A stretch of 64,000 bases of DNA from an uncultured Alphaproteobacteria bacterium (GCA_963707095.1 CAVPOR010000011.1:53914-117913); one strand, 5' to 3'. Numbered from the stretch's first letter, positions 1 to 10,415 are shown. Numbers and translations: made by a program. Notes: a model not told the origin generated them from the sequence alone.

Positions 1-811
1 GGCCGGCTGCGCCGGTACCGGCGGCCTGCAAGGCTTCGGCGGGGCGCCGGCCAAGCCGAAAACCATCATGGTGTCCGATTTCGTGCTGTCGTCCGAGGTG
101 GCGGTGGTCGATCGCGGCTATACCGCGCGGCTGGAGCGAAAAATCGGCGCTTTCCCGACCCACGAGCGCAAGCCGCGTACCGTCGAGCGCGTCAATGACG
201 AGATCGTCGCCTCCATCGTCGCCACCTTGCGCGAGGCCGGGATCGACGCGCAGCCCGGCACCGAAGATGCGCTCAAACTCAGCGACGAGGCGTTGCTGGT
301 CAACGGGCGGATCCGGCCGAGCAGCCTGCGCGCGCTCGCCAAAGGCAAGCCGGTGGTGTTCGGCAGCGGCCGCGTCGCTGTCGACATGACGGTGTCGTCA
401 TTCTCGAGCAGCGGCAAGAAGCAGCTGCTGGCCTTCAGCGCGGACACCCAAAGCGCCGGCAAGCCTCCGGCCGGCAAGCAGGCGGCGGCTCGCAACGCGG
501 CGATCGCTGAGGCGCTGGCCGCGCAGAAGGCGCCGCCGGAGAAACTGTCGCCCGATGTCGAGGTGCCGGCGCGCCGGCTCGGCCGCGCGGTCGGCGAGAA
601 GATCGTGGCCTACGTCAAGGAGCAGGGCTGGCTGACGCCGCCGACCGAAGATGGGCAAATGCAATCCGAGGCGCAAATAGAAGCCCAGCCTGAGGCGGAC
701 CAGCGCGTGCGCCTGCCCGATCCCAAGCCGGCGCAGCGATCCGCCCGGAGGCCGCCGCAGGGCGAACCGCCACCGGATATGCAAGACGAACCGGATCAAC
801 CCAAGAACTGA
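1..811 (+). CDS. DUF4410-like lipoprotein, 5'-truncated by the window edge
   Basis: The frame is open from base 2 (AGCAGTGG..., lipobox-like AGC) into ORF 68..811. The C-terminal DVEVPARRLGRAV pattern resembles DUF4410; Pro/Gln-rich tail. Confidence 0.5.
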   Translation, partial: AGCAGTGGLQGFGGAPAKPKTIMVSDFVLSSEVAVVDRGYTARLERKIGAFPTHERKPRTVERVNDEIVASIVATLREAGIDAQPGTEDALKLSDEALLVNGRIRPSSLRALAKGKPVVFGSGRVAVDMTVSSFSSSGKKQLLAFSADTQSAGKPPAGKQAAARNAAIAEALAAQKAPPEKLSPDVEVPARRLGRAVGEKIVAYVKEQGWLTPPTEDGQMQSEAQIEAQPEADQRVRLPDPKPAQRSARRPPQGEPPPDMQDEPDQPKN

Positions 812-819
812 TAGCGCGC

Positions 820-1665
820 CTAGCGCCCCTCGCGCCGCGCCATAAAGGCGAGCCGCTCGAACAAATGCACGTCCTGTTCGTTCTTCAGGAGCGCGCCGTG
901 CAGCGGCGGGATCAGCTTCTTGGGATCGCGCTCGCGCAAAATTTCCGGACCGATGTCCTCGACCATCAGCAACTTCAGCCAATCCAGCAGCTCGGACGTC
1001 GAGGGCTTCTTCTTCATGCCCGGCACGTCGCGGATTTCGTAGAACAGCTTGAGCGCTTCGCTCACCAGACGCTGTTTGATGCCGGGGAAATGCACCTCGA
1101 TGATCGCCGTCATGGTGTCGGGATCGGGGAAGCGGATGTAGTGAAAGAAACAGCGGCGCAAAAAGGCGTCGGGCAATTCCTTTTCATTATTAGACGTAAT
1201 GACGACAACCGGGCGGCGGCGTGCCTTAACCGTTTCGCCGGTTTCGTAGACGAAGAACTCCATGCGATCGAGTTCCTGCAACAGGTCGTTAGGAAACTCG
1301 ATGTCGGCCTTGTCGATCTCGTCGATCAGCAGCACCGGACGCTCGTCGGCGACGAAGGCGTCCCATAGTTTACCGCGCTTGATGTAGTTGCGGATGTCCT
1401 GCACGCGGGCGTCACCAAGCTGGCTGTCGCGCAGCCGCGACACCGCGTCGTATTCGTACAGACCCTGCAATGCCTTGGTGGTCGACTTGATGTGCCACTC
1501 GATCAGCGGCGCGCCGACCGCCTTGGCGATCTCGAGCGCCAGCACGGTCTTGCCGGTGCCCGGCTCGCCCTTGACCAGCAAAGGCCGTTCCAGCGTGATC
1601 GCGGCATTGACCGCGACTTTCAGGTCGTCGGTCGCCACATAGGCTTTGGTGCCTTCAAAGCGCAT
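820..1665 (-). CDS. MoxR family AAA+ ATPase
   Basis: Walker A GEPGTGKT, Walker B LLIDEIDKAD, ELPDAFLRRC. Start placed at MRFEGTKAY (ATG 1665). Confidence 0.92.
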   Translation of the reverse strand: MRFEGTKAYVATDDLKVAVNAAITLERPLLVKGEPGTGKTVLALEIAKAVGAPLIEWHIKSTTKALQGLYEYDAVSRLRDSQLGDARVQDIRNYIKRGKLWDAFVADERPVLLIDEIDKADIEFPNDLLQELDRMEFFVYETGETVKARRRPVVVITSNNEKELPDAFLRRCFFHYIRFPDPDTMTAIIEVHFPGIKQRLVSEALKLFYEIRDVPGMKKKPSTSELLDWLKLLMVEDIGPEILRERDPKKLIPPLHGALLKNEQDVHLFERLAFMARREGR

Positions 1666-1830
1666 GCAAATCCTTGCTATTTTCGGCGCCACCCTATGCA
1701 GGGTGGCAAAGCCCCGCAAGGTCGTTTGGCTCGCACAAGCGTGATGACCGAGTGATGGCAAGTTGAATGGCTATTATGCGCAGACGCTATATGTAGGCGC
1801 TTGGGAAACGCGCGACTTTCGGAGGGTTTG

Positions 1831-2454
1831 ATGCGCCGCTTGCTAACCGGACTTCTCTTCCTTTTTGGCTTCGCTGGCCTCGCCGCTGCCGCGCAAATGG
1901 CGCCGCTGCCGCAGCCGGCACCCGGGCAGGCGGTGGCGACCTTCGCCGGCGGCTGCTTCTGGTGCACCGAATCCGACTTCGATCATGTGCCGGGCGTGAT
2001 CTCGACCACGTCGGGCTATACCGGCGGCAAAGTAGCCAATCCGACCTATGAGCAGGTCTCGGCTGGCGGCACCGGGCACGCCGAGTCGGTGCAGGTGATC
2101 TACGACCCGAGCAAGGTTTCTTACGAGAAACTGCTGACCTATTACTGGCGCCACGTCGATCCGACGGTGAAGGACCAGCAGTTCTGCGATCACGGCAACC
2201 AGTATCGCACCGCGATCTTCGTGCACAACGACGAGGAGATGAAACTCGCGGAAGCGTCCAAGAAAAAGGTCGAGGCCGAACTCAAGAAGCCGATCTACAC
2301 CCAGATCGTGCAAGCCGGGCCGTTTTATCCGGCCGAGGAGTATCATCAGGATTTCTATCTGAAGAACCCCACCAAATATAAATTCTACCGGTGGAATTGC
2401 GGCCGCGACCAGCGGCTGGAGCAAATCTGGGGCTCGCATAAGGGAGACAGCTGA
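1831..2454 (+). CDS. msrA: Peptide-methionine (S)-S-oxide reductase with Sec-type signal peptide
   Basis: GGCFWC active site, [17 protein letters not shown]; N-terminal [20 protein letters not shown] signal. Confidence 0.95.
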   Translation: MRRLLTGLLFLFGFAGLAAAAQMAPLPQPAPGQAVATFAGGCFWCTESDFDHVPGVISTTSGYTGGKVANPTYEQVSAGGTGHAESVQVIYDPSKVSYEKLLTYYWRHVDPTVKDQQFCDHGNQYRTAIFVHNDEEMKLAEASKKKVEAELKKPIYTQIVQAGPFYPAEEYHQDFYLKNPTKYKFYRWNCGRDQRLEQIWGSHKGDS

Positions 2455-2975
2455 TGATCAACCGGAGATCCCTGTTGTCGGCCGGCGTGGCGCTGTCCGC
2501 GCTCATGGCTACCAGCAAACTTGGTAAGGCAGAAACGATGACAACAACAATGCAAGAAACCAAACAAGACATCGATTACAAGAAGCTTACCGACGCCGAC
2601 TGGCACAAGCGCCTGACGCCCGAGCAATACAACGTACTGCGCAAGCACGGCACCGAGCGCGCCGGCACCAGCGCGCTTAATCACGAAAAGCGCAAGGGCA
2701 TCTTCGAGTGTGTCGGCTGCGACCTGCCGCTGTTTTCCTCCGACACCAAGTTCGAGAGCGGCACCGGCTGGCCGAGTTTCTATCAGCCGCTGCCGCACGC
2801 CGTTGGCACCACCAGCGATCGCAGCTTCTTCATGACCCGCACCGAGGTGCATTGCAGCCGCTGCGACGGCCATCTCGGCCATGTGTTCGATGACGGCCCT
2901 AAGCCGACCGGGCTGCGCTACTGTATGAACGGGTTGTCCCTGAAATTCCTGCCGCAAGCGGCTGGGCAATCCTAA
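2454..2975 (+). CDS. msrB: Peptide-methionine (R)-S-oxide reductase with Tat signal
   Basis: [26 protein letters not shown], two CxxC Zn motifs; N-terminal NRRSLL twin-arginine motif. Confidence 0.95.
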   Translation: MINRRSLLSAGVALSALMATSKLGKAETMTTTMQETKQDIDYKKLTDADWHKRLTPEQYNVLRKHGTERAGTSALNHEKRKGIFECVGCDLPLFSSDTKFESGTGWPSFYQPLPHAVGTTSDRSFFMTRTEVHCSRCDGHLGHVFDDGPKPTGLRYCMNGLSLKFLPQAAGQS

Positions 2976-2980
2976 GCCAC

Positions 2981-3040
2981 ATTTTGTTGATCGCATTTTC
3001 TGCGGCGAACCGGTCCCCACTTCGCCGGAAAATGCTCTAG
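2981..3040. repeat. Alphaproteobacterial palindromic interspersed element (GCATTTT...ACCGGT...AAAATGCTCTAG type)
   Basis: Imperfect palindrome GCATTTTCTGCGGCGAACCGGTCCCCACTTCGCCGGAAAATGCTCTAG; related to the copies at 30790 and 31495. Confidence 0.7.
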
Positions 3041-3089
3041 ACGACTCAGCGCGGCAATTTTACCTCTCGGCAGGGAGAACCCTGCCGGG

Positions 3090-5330
3090 ATGCCGCTTTC
3101 ACAGCCCAAACCGCAGCCGCTGAACGTGCCGCAGGCGCTGACGCAGGCGCTTAAACTGCATGAGCAGGGGCGTTTGACCGAGGCTGAGCGGCTCTACGCC
3201 GCCATCCTGGCGGTGCGGCCGGATCACTTCGACGCCCTGCAGATGATGGGGTTGGTCAAGCTTGCGGCCGGCCAGCCGGCCGAGGCCTTGCGGCTGGTGT
3301 CGGCAGCCATGGCTTCACGCAAGCCCTCGCCGCAGATCCTGCTCAACCACGGTCTCATCCTCGACGCGCTTAAGCGTCATGAAGAGGCGGTCGAGAGCTT
3401 CGAGCAGGCGCTCAAGCTGAAATCCAAATATGCCGAGGCGCACAATAATCGTGGCGCCACGCTGGTGACGCTGGGGCGCGACGAGGAGGGGCTCGAGAGT
3501 TGCCGCAAGGCGATTGCGATCAAGCCGGACTATGCCGAAGCGTACTACAACGCCGGCACCGCGTTACGGGCGCTCGGCCGCTTCGAAGAGGCGCTCAGGA
3601 GCTTCGAACGTACGCTGACGCTACAGCCGAATTTTTTCAAAGCCCACAATAACCGCGGTGCGGTGCTGGAGGCGCAGGGCCTTCTGCCGGAGGCGCTCAC
3701 GGCCTATGAACGGGCGCTCGCGATCAATCCGGCCTTTGGCGAAGCGCGCGACAATCGCGGTCACGTGCTGTGCCTGCTTGCCCGCTACGACGAGGCGCTC
3801 GGGCATTTCAACGAAGCTTTGGCGCTCAAGCCCGATGACGCAGCCGCCTATTACAATCGCGGCCGAATTTTCATCGACCTCAATCAGAACGCGCGGGCGC
3901 GGGCCGATTTCCAAAAGGCGCTCGCCCTCAAGCCGGATTATGCCGAGGCGAGATTTGCCGGCTGTTTTGCAGAATTGCCGATCCTTTACGCGGACGAAGC
4001 GGAAATCGGCCGCTGCCGCGCGGCTTACGAACAAAATCTCCGCCGTTTGTGCGCCGATGTCGAAGCTGGACAAGTGAAGGGCGATCTGGAGAAAGCGCTT
4101 GCCGTCAAACATCCGTTTCTTTTGGCCTATCAAGGCCAGAACGATCGCGAACTGCAAAGACCATACGGCGAAATGGTGTGCCGAATCATGGCGAACCGGT
4201 ATCCGGCTGCGGCCCTGCCGCCGCCGCCGGCGCCGGGCGAGCCGATACGGGTCGGGATCGTCAGCGCATTTTTCCGTCTTCATTCCAACTGGAAGATTCC
4301 GATCAAGGGCTGGATCAGTCAGCTTGATCGCACGCGGTTCAAAATTTTCGGCTACCATCTTGGCCCGCATGACGCGGAAACCGACGTTGCCGCCGCCATG
4401 TGCGACCGCTTCGTGCATCGGCCGCTCGACACCGACGGCTGGCGGCGCGAAATCCTTTCCGACGCGCCGCATGTGCTGATCTATCCCGGGCTTTTGATGG
4501 ATACCAATTCGCTGCAACTCGCCGCGCAGCGGCTAGCGCCGGTGCAATGCAATTCCTGGGGCCACCCCGAAACCAGCGGCATGCCGACGCTGGATTATTT
4601 CTTCAGCAGCGACCTGATGGAGCCGCCGGATGGGGACGGGCATTACAGCGAGAAGCTGATCCGGCTGCCGAACCTGTCGATCTATTATGAACCGGTGAAG
4701 ACCACGCCGGCGATCCTGACGCGTGCCGGGCTTGGGCTACGCGCGGATGCGGCCGTGTTCTGGTGCGGGCAATCGGTGTACAAATATCTGCCGCAATACG
4801 ATCAGGCGTTTGCCCGCATCGCGCAGCAAGCCGGCAATTGCCAGTTCGTTTTCCTGCGCCATGGCGGCGGTCCGCCGGTCAACGATCTGTTCGAGGCGAG
4901 GCTTAACCGCGCCTTCGCGCAAGTCGGTCTGAAGGCGTCCGACCATTGTGTATTCCTGAAGACGATGAGCCTCGACCAATTCGTCGCGGCGATCGGGCAA
5001 TGCGACGTGTTTCTGGACAGTATCGGCTGGTCGGGCTGCAACTCCGCGCTGGAAAGTCTGCCGCAGAACCTGCCGATCGTGACGATGCCGGGCACGCTGA
5101 TGCGCGGCATCCACAGCGCTTCGATCTTGCGCATGATGGGCATTACGGAAACGATCGCCGCCACGCTCGACGACTATATTTCGATCGCGGTACGACTTGC
5201 CAACAATCCGGCGGAGCGAAAGGCGCTGAGCGCTCGCATCAAGGACAGCCAGCATAAAATCTATCGCGATCGCGCCTGCATTTCGGCGCTGGAGGATTTC
5301 CTCGCGCGCGCCGCCCGTCCGGTGACGTGA
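3090..5330 (+). CDS. TPR-containing O-GlcNAc transferase/SPINDLY-like glycosyltransferase (GT41)
   Basis: About 8 TPR repeats (AEAHNNRG, AYYNAG), then IRVGIVSAFFRLHS, RLAPVQCNSWGHPETSGMPTLDYF and DVFLDSIGWSGCNSALE motifs. Confidence 0.88.
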   Translation: MPLSQPKPQPLNVPQALTQALKLHEQGRLTEAERLYAAILAVRPDHFDALQMMGLVKLAAGQPAEALRLVSAAMASRKPSPQILLNHGLILDALKRHEEAVESFEQALKLKSKYAEAHNNRGATLVTLGRDEEGLESCRKAIAIKPDYAEAYYNAGTALRALGRFEEALRSFERTLTLQPNFFKAHNNRGAVLEAQGLLPEALTAYERALAINPAFGEARDNRGHVLCLLARYDEALGHFNEALALKPDDAAAYYNRGRIFIDLNQNARARADFQKALALKPDYAEARFAGCFAELPILYADEAEIGRCRAAYEQNLRRLCADVEAGQVKGDLEKALAVKHPFLLAYQGQNDRELQRPYGEMVCRIMANRYPAAALPPPPAPGEPIRVGIVSAFFRLHSNWKIPIKGWISQLDRTRFKIFGYHLGPHDAETDVAAAMCDRFVHRPLDTDGWRREILSDAPHVLIYPGLLMDTNSLQLAAQRLAPVQCNSWGHPETSGMPTLDYFFSSDLMEPPDGDGHYSEKLIRLPNLSIYYEPVKTTPAILTRAGLGLRADAAVFWCGQSVYKYLPQYDQAFARIAQQAGNCQFVFLRHGGGPPVNDLFEARLNRAFAQVGLKASDHCVFLKTMSLDQFVAAIGQCDVFLDSIGWSGCNSALESLPQNLPIVTMPGTLMRGIHSASILRMMGITETIAATLDDYISIAVRLANNPAERKALSARIKDSQHKIYRDRACISALEDFLARAARPVT

Positions 5331-5350
5331 CGATTGCATGCGGTCCAAAG

Positions 5351-5452
5351 CGGCAAAATCTGCCGACCCGCGGCAGAAAGAACCCGGACGAACACCCCGC
5401 TCTCCTCATAAGTAGTTGATATAATTACATAATCATATGGCACAGGGATTGC
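5351..5452 (+). promoter_or_regulatory. sigma54 promoter of flgEKL with IHF site and ftr-like (FlbD) enhancers
   Basis: TGGCAC-N5-TTGC at 5438-5452; IHF consensus WATCAA-N4-TTR on the minus strand at 5409-5421; palindrome CGGCAAAATCTGCCG at 5351-5365 and a weaker copy at 5371-5387. Confidence 0.8.
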
Positions 5453-5522
5453 GACGATCCGCTCGCGGGATCGTCCGCACGCGCCCTCAGGGCTGTTTTG
5501 TTGCGAATGTGGAGATGGTGTC

Positions 5523-6905
5523 ATGGGTTTGTTCGACGCTCTTACCGCTGCGGTGAGCGGACTGCAGTCGCAGGCTTTCGCCATGCAGAATATTTCAGGC
5601 AACATCGCGAATTCTCAGACGATTGCCTACAAGGGCATCGACACGAGTTTTGAGGCTCTGGTCACGGGCAGCGGGGTCGTGTCGCAGCAAGTTGCCGCCG
5701 GCGTCAGGTCAAGTTCGATTGCATCGAATACCTTGCAGGGCGTCATCCAGACCGCGACCTCGGGGACCGATATGGCCATTAATGGCGATGGCTATTTCAG
5801 CGTGCAAGCACCGACCGGTTTTAGCGGGAACACCCCGACATTCGATGGCGCTGAAGCCTATACTAGGCGTGGCGACTTCGCATTGGATGCCAGCGGCTAT
5901 CTGGTCAACGGTGCCGGTTATTACCTGGAAGGAATTCCGATCGATCCGACGACCGGGAACCCGTCCGGCAGCGCAGCCTCGCCCTTGCAATTTGCCAGCA
6001 ATCTTCTGGCGGCGAGCGCCACAACGGCAGTCAACTACGCGATAAATCTTCCATCTGTTCCCGTGACGGGAGCATCGAGTGCTTCGGTGCCGAACTCCGA
6101 ACTGCTCGATCCGACAACTTTTACCACTGGCCACGATCCGACGGTCACTGGAACCGGCCAGGTTATCGGCTCCGACGCGTCGACTTTTATCAACCAATCG
6201 ATCAACGGCGGGACGATCACGGTCTATGACGCTACCGGAACGCCGACCAGTCTAGACCTCCGGTGGGCCAAAACCGACAGCGTCGCCAACGGCGGCACCG
6301 ACACCTGGGAGCTGTTTTATCAGGCGAGTTCAACGGCGGTCGGCACGCAAACGGCTTGGCAAAACGCCGGCACCGATTTCAAATTTAACACGGCCGGCCA
6401 GCTAACCCCGGCCGTCGGCTCGATCCCGCTCACCGGCGTAACCATCAACGGGGTCTCGCTCGGCAATCTATCGCTGGTGGCCCCGGCTGGTAGCGTTACT
6501 CAATTCGCCAGTGCGAACGGACAGCCGACCGTCAACAATATCCAACAGAACGGCTATGCGGCCGGTTCACTGCAGACCATCGCTGTCGGCAGTAACGGCA
6601 TGATTACCGGCACTTTCTCCAACGGCCAGAACGTCAATTTGGCCCAAATCCCGCTCGTGCACTTCAACAGCCCGGACAATCTCAGAAGCCTGGTCGGCGG
6701 CGCTTACCAGGTGACGAATGATTCCGGTCCGGCGCTCGCCGGCGCGTCGGGTCAGATCGAAGGTCAATCGCTCGAAGGCTCCAATACCGACATTGCGACC
6801 GAGTTCACCAAACTGATTGTGACCCAGCAGGCCTATTCGGCCAATACCAAGGTGATCACGACCGCCAACGAAATGTCGCAAGACCTGCTGAATGTCATTC
6901 GATAG
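5523..6905 (+). CDS. flgE: Flagellar hook protein
   Basis: AVSGL..NISGNIANSQT, DMAINGDGYF, YTRRGDF, LEGSNTDIATEFTKLIVTQQAYSAN. Confidence 0.95.
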   Translation: MGLFDALTAAVSGLQSQAFAMQNISGNIANSQTIAYKGIDTSFEALVTGSGVVSQQVAAGVRSSSIASNTLQGVIQTATSGTDMAINGDGYFSVQAPTGFSGNTPTFDGAEAYTRRGDFALDASGYLVNGAGYYLEGIPIDPTTGNPSGSAASPLQFASNLLAASATTAVNYAINLPSVPVTGASSASVPNSELLDPTTFTTGHDPTVTGTGQVIGSDASTFINQSINGGTITVYDATGTPTSLDLRWAKTDSVANGGTDTWELFYQASSTAVGTQTAWQNAGTDFKFNTAGQLTPAVGSIPLTGVTINGVSLGNLSLVAPAGSVTQFASANGQPTVNNIQQNGYAAGSLQTIAVGSNGMITGTFSNGQNVNLAQIPLVHFNSPDNLRSLVGGAYQVTNDSGPALAGASGQIEGQSLEGSNTDIATEFTKLIVTQQAYSANTKVITTANEMSQDLLNVIR

Positions 6906-6958
6906 CGCGCGATGAGCGCCCGGTATGAATAGGTCATGCGCGTAATCGGGACCGGCAC

Positions 6959-8818
6959 ATGGGTCTGACGCAAGCGCTCGCTACGTCGCTGTCGGGGTTG
7001 CAGGCAACTCAGGCGGGCCTGTCGGTGGTCGCCGGCAACGTCGCCAATGCGCAGACCGCGGGCTATATCACCAAGTCGGTATCGCAAGTGGAGGCCGGCT
7101 CCGGCAGCGACGGCAACGGCGTGCGCGTTTCGTCGATCAACCGCCTGCTCGACACTTTCGTTCAACAGCAATTGTGGACCGAAAGCGGCGGCGGCGCCTA
7201 TGCCGACCTCAACGCCAATTTCTATCAACAACTTCAGCAGGTTTACGGCCAGCCCGGTTCGAGCTCCAGTCTTGATTCGGTGTTCAACGATTTCACCAGC
7301 GCCGTGCAGGCGCTATCCACCAGCCCCAATTCCTATTCGGCGCAAAGCCAGACCGTCAGCAGCGCGCAGGCTTTGGCGCAGCAGCTCAACAACGCGACCG
7401 CCAATATCCAGTCGCTGCGCGCTCAGGCCGACCAGGGCATTGCCAACGACGTGCAGCAAGCCAACAACGCCCTGCAGCAGATCGCGAATATAAATTCGCA
7501 GCTCATGAACGGCGGAACGGCCGACGGCACCGCGGCCACGCTCGAGGACCAGCGCGACCAATACATCAGCCAGCTCGCCAATCTGATGGACATTCGCGTC
7601 GTCCATGGCACCAACGACCAGGTCACCGTATCGACCAATTCCGGCATTCAGCTCGTCGGCGATAAAGCCTCGCAGCTCGGTTTCACGCAAACCGGCACCA
7701 TAACGGCCGGGCTGCAATGGAATGCCGATCCGACCAAAAGCGGGCTCGGCACCATCACGCTGACCTCGCCATCGGGTACGACCACCGATCTGATCGCCGC
7801 CGGCGGAATTCAATCCGGCGAGATCGCCGGTTATGTCAACATGCGCGACAAGGTGCTGGTTCAGGCCCAAAGCCAGATCGACGAAATCGCAACGCAAATG
7901 TCGCAGGCGCTTTCGAATACCACCGCCGCCGGAACAGCGGCGTCCTCAGGCGGCCATTCAGGCTTCGATGTCGACATCGGCGGCCTGTCGAACGGCAATA
8001 CGATCCAGCTCAGCTACACTGACGCATCCAGCGTCCAGCACAACATAACGATCGTGCGGGTCGACGATCCCTCGGCCTTGCCGCTTTCGAATTCGGCAAC
8101 CACCAATCCGAACGACACCGTCATCGGCATTAGCTTTTCCGGCGGCCCGGCGGCGGTTGCGACCGCGCTCAACACCGCGCTCGGCGCGGCCGGACTGCAG
8201 TTTTCCAACACAACGGGTAACACGCTGGAAGTGCTCGATAGCGGAACACCCGCGGTCACCGTCAATTCGGCCTCGACTACGAAGACCGCGACTTCGCTGA
8301 CCGGCGGTTCCGGCGCGCTGCCGCTGTTCACCGACGGTGCGAGCGTATTTACCGACGCCATCACGGGAGCCGGCGCCGAGAGCACGGGCTACGCTGGACG
8401 CATCACGGTCAATAGCGCGCTGATCGCCGATCCCTCCAAACTCGTCAGCTATTCGGCGTCGACGCCGGCCGGTGACGCGACGCGGCCGAACTTCATCTAC
8501 AACCAGCTCGTCAATGCCTCGCTGACGTATTCCCCGGCAACGGGCATCGGCGGCGTCGCCTCGCCGTACCAGGGCACGCTGTCGGGTTATCTAAGTACGA
8601 TGATCAGCTCGCAAAGCATTGCGACAAATGCCGCGACCAATCTGCAATCGGGCCAGGACATCGTCGTCAACGCCCTGCAATCGCGGTTCAATTCAACGTC
8701 GGCCGTCAACATCGATACCGAGATGGCGAACCTACTCACGCTGCAAAACACCTATGGGGCCAATGCGCGTGTGATGTCGACGGTGAAAGCGATGCTCGAC
8801 GCATTGATGCAGATGTGA
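6959..8818 (+). CDS. flgK: Hook-associated protein 1
   Basis: SGLQATQAGLSVVAGNVANAQTAGY, LEDQRDQ, VNIDTEMANLLTLQNTYGANARV. Confidence 0.93.
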   Translation: MGLTQALATSLSGLQATQAGLSVVAGNVANAQTAGYITKSVSQVEAGSGSDGNGVRVSSINRLLDTFVQQQLWTESGGGAYADLNANFYQQLQQVYGQPGSSSSLDSVFNDFTSAVQALSTSPNSYSAQSQTVSSAQALAQQLNNATANIQSLRAQADQGIANDVQQANNALQQIANINSQLMNGGTADGTAATLEDQRDQYISQLANLMDIRVVHGTNDQVTVSTNSGIQLVGDKASQLGFTQTGTITAGLQWNADPTKSGLGTITLTSPSGTTTDLIAAGGIQSGEIAGYVNMRDKVLVQAQSQIDEIATQMSQALSNTTAAGTAASSGGHSGFDVDIGGLSNGNTIQLSYTDASSVQHNITIVRVDDPSALPLSNSATTNPNDTVIGISFSGGPAAVATALNTALGAAGLQFSNTTGNTLEVLDSGTPAVTVNSASTTKTATSLTGGSGALPLFTDGASVFTDAITGAGAESTGYAGRITVNSALIADPSKLVSYSASTPAGDATRPNFIYNQLVNASLTYSPATGIGGVASPYQGTLSGYLSTMISSQSIATNAATNLQSGQDIVVNALQSRFNSTSAVNIDTEMANLLTLQNTYGANARVMSTVKAMLDALMQM

Positions 8819-8827
8819 CGTGAGGGC

Positions 8828-10339
8828 GTGATGACGATTTCAGGAATTTCAAATTCGACTATATCGCCGCTCATTCAATCGGCGCAGGACATCAATAAGC
8901 AGCTCGACGATCTGCAACGCCAGCTCGGCTCGGGAGAGAAGGCGGATAGCTATGCTGGCCTCGGATCGCAAGGCGGGGTTGCTGTTGCCCTGAACGCGCA
9001 GTTGTCCGCGCTCGGCGGTTTCGACAACACGATCACGAATGTCGGTACGACGATCAGCTTGCAGCAATTGGTGCTCCAGCAAATCGCCAGCGTCGGCGGC
9101 ACCGCCCAATCCGCGGCGATTCAACCGAGCTATGAGATCGATGGCACCGGTCAAACCACCCAGCAGAAGACGGCGCAAGATCAACTCAACCAGATACTTG
9201 GTCTGCTCAACACGCAAGGCGCCAACGGCTATCTGTTTTCAGGCAACGGGTTGAATCAGCCGTCGGTCGACACGGCCGATCATATTCTCAATGGCAATGG
9301 ATCGCAGGCGGGGCTCAAACAGGTCATTGCCGAGCGCAATCTGGCGGATCTCGGAGCGGATGGTCTCGGGCGCCTGGTCATTCCCGCCCTCTCGGGCACG
9401 ACCGTCGCAGTCCACGAAGATGTCGCCGGATCGCCGTTCGGGCTGAAGCTCTCCGGGGTCAGTTCGACGCTCGCCGGCGCGACGGTTAGCGGTCCGACCG
9501 GTGCGCTCGATACGACTTCGGTTACCTTGGGCGCGAGCAATCCGAACAATGGCGATACAATCAGTTACACCTTCACTCTGCCCGACGGCAGCAGTCAGAC
9601 GTTGAAGCTCACGGCGACGACTTCGGCCACCCCCGGGCCCAACCAATTCACCATTGGCGCCACCCCGGCAATGACCGCGGCAAACCTGCAGACCGCACTC
9701 AGCGCCGGCATCACGCAAATTGGAGCGACATCGCTGTCGGCGGCTTCTGCGATGGCGGCATCCAACGACTTCTTCGACGATCCGCCGCAGCGGGTCAGCG
9801 GCTCGCCGGCGACGTCGACGTCACTCGTCAATGGAACCGCCGCCAATACGGTATCCTGGTACACCGGCGCTGCCGGCTCAGGTTCGGTGCGATCGAGTCA
9901 AACCGCGCGGATCGATCCAACCACGACGGTTTCCTACGGGACCCAGGCCAACGAGCAAGGCATTCGTCAGATTGTCCAGAGCATCGCGACGCTCGCCGCA
10001 ACCACCTACTCGGCAAGCGATCCGAATGCAGCGGCGAGCTACACCGCGCTCAATCAACGCGTTTACCAGGCTCTTGGCACGCCCCCGGGCGTGCAAAATA
10101 TCACCGATATCGAGGCGAGCCTGGCCAACGCCCAGACCACGATGAGTACGACGCAAAGCCAGCACCAGCAGACCTCGAATACGCTGACCGACATGTTGCA
10201 GTCGATCACCGGTGTCGATCAGAATCAGGTTGGGGCGGAAATCTTGTCGTTGCAGACGAGCCTGTCGGCATCGCTGACGGTAACGGCGCGAATGGCGCAG
10301 CTTAATCTGCTGACTTATCTGGCGCCGGTCACGGGATAA
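8828..10339 (+). CDS. flgL: Hook-associated protein 3 (flagellin-family junction protein)
   Basis: QLGSGEKADSYAGL, NGYLFSG, C-terminal LQTSLSASLTVTARMAQLNLLTYL; follows flgK. Confidence 0.85.
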   Translation: MMTISGISNSTISPLIQSAQDINKQLDDLQRQLGSGEKADSYAGLGSQGGVAVALNAQLSALGGFDNTITNVGTTISLQQLVLQQIASVGGTAQSAAIQPSYEIDGTGQTTQQKTAQDQLNQILGLLNTQGANGYLFSGNGLNQPSVDTADHILNGNGSQAGLKQVIAERNLADLGADGLGRLVIPALSGTTVAVHEDVAGSPFGLKLSGVSSTLAGATVSGPTGALDTTSVTLGASNPNNGDTISYTFTLPDGSSQTLKLTATTSATPGPNQFTIGATPAMTAANLQTALSAGITQIGATSLSAASAMAASNDFFDDPPQRVSGSPATSTSLVNGTAANTVSWYTGAAGSGSVRSSQTARIDPTTTVSYGTQANEQGIRQIVQSIATLAATTYSASDPNAAASYTALNQRVYQALGTPPGVQNITDIEASLANAQTTMSTTQSQHQQTSNTLTDMLQSITGVDQNQVGAEILSLQTSLSASLTVTARMAQLNLLTYLAPVTG

Positions 10340-10364
10340 ATCGTTCCGGCACCTTCAGGCGCAT

Positions 10365-10395
10365 AAAAAAACCGCGGCCGATGCCGCGGTTTTTG
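10365..10395. terminator. Bidirectional intrinsic terminator between flgL and flaF
   Basis: AAAAAACCGCGGC-CGAT-GCCGCGGTTTTT between convergent genes. Confidence 0.8.
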
Positions 10396-10415
10396 TTGAT
10401 ACACTATGCCGCGAT

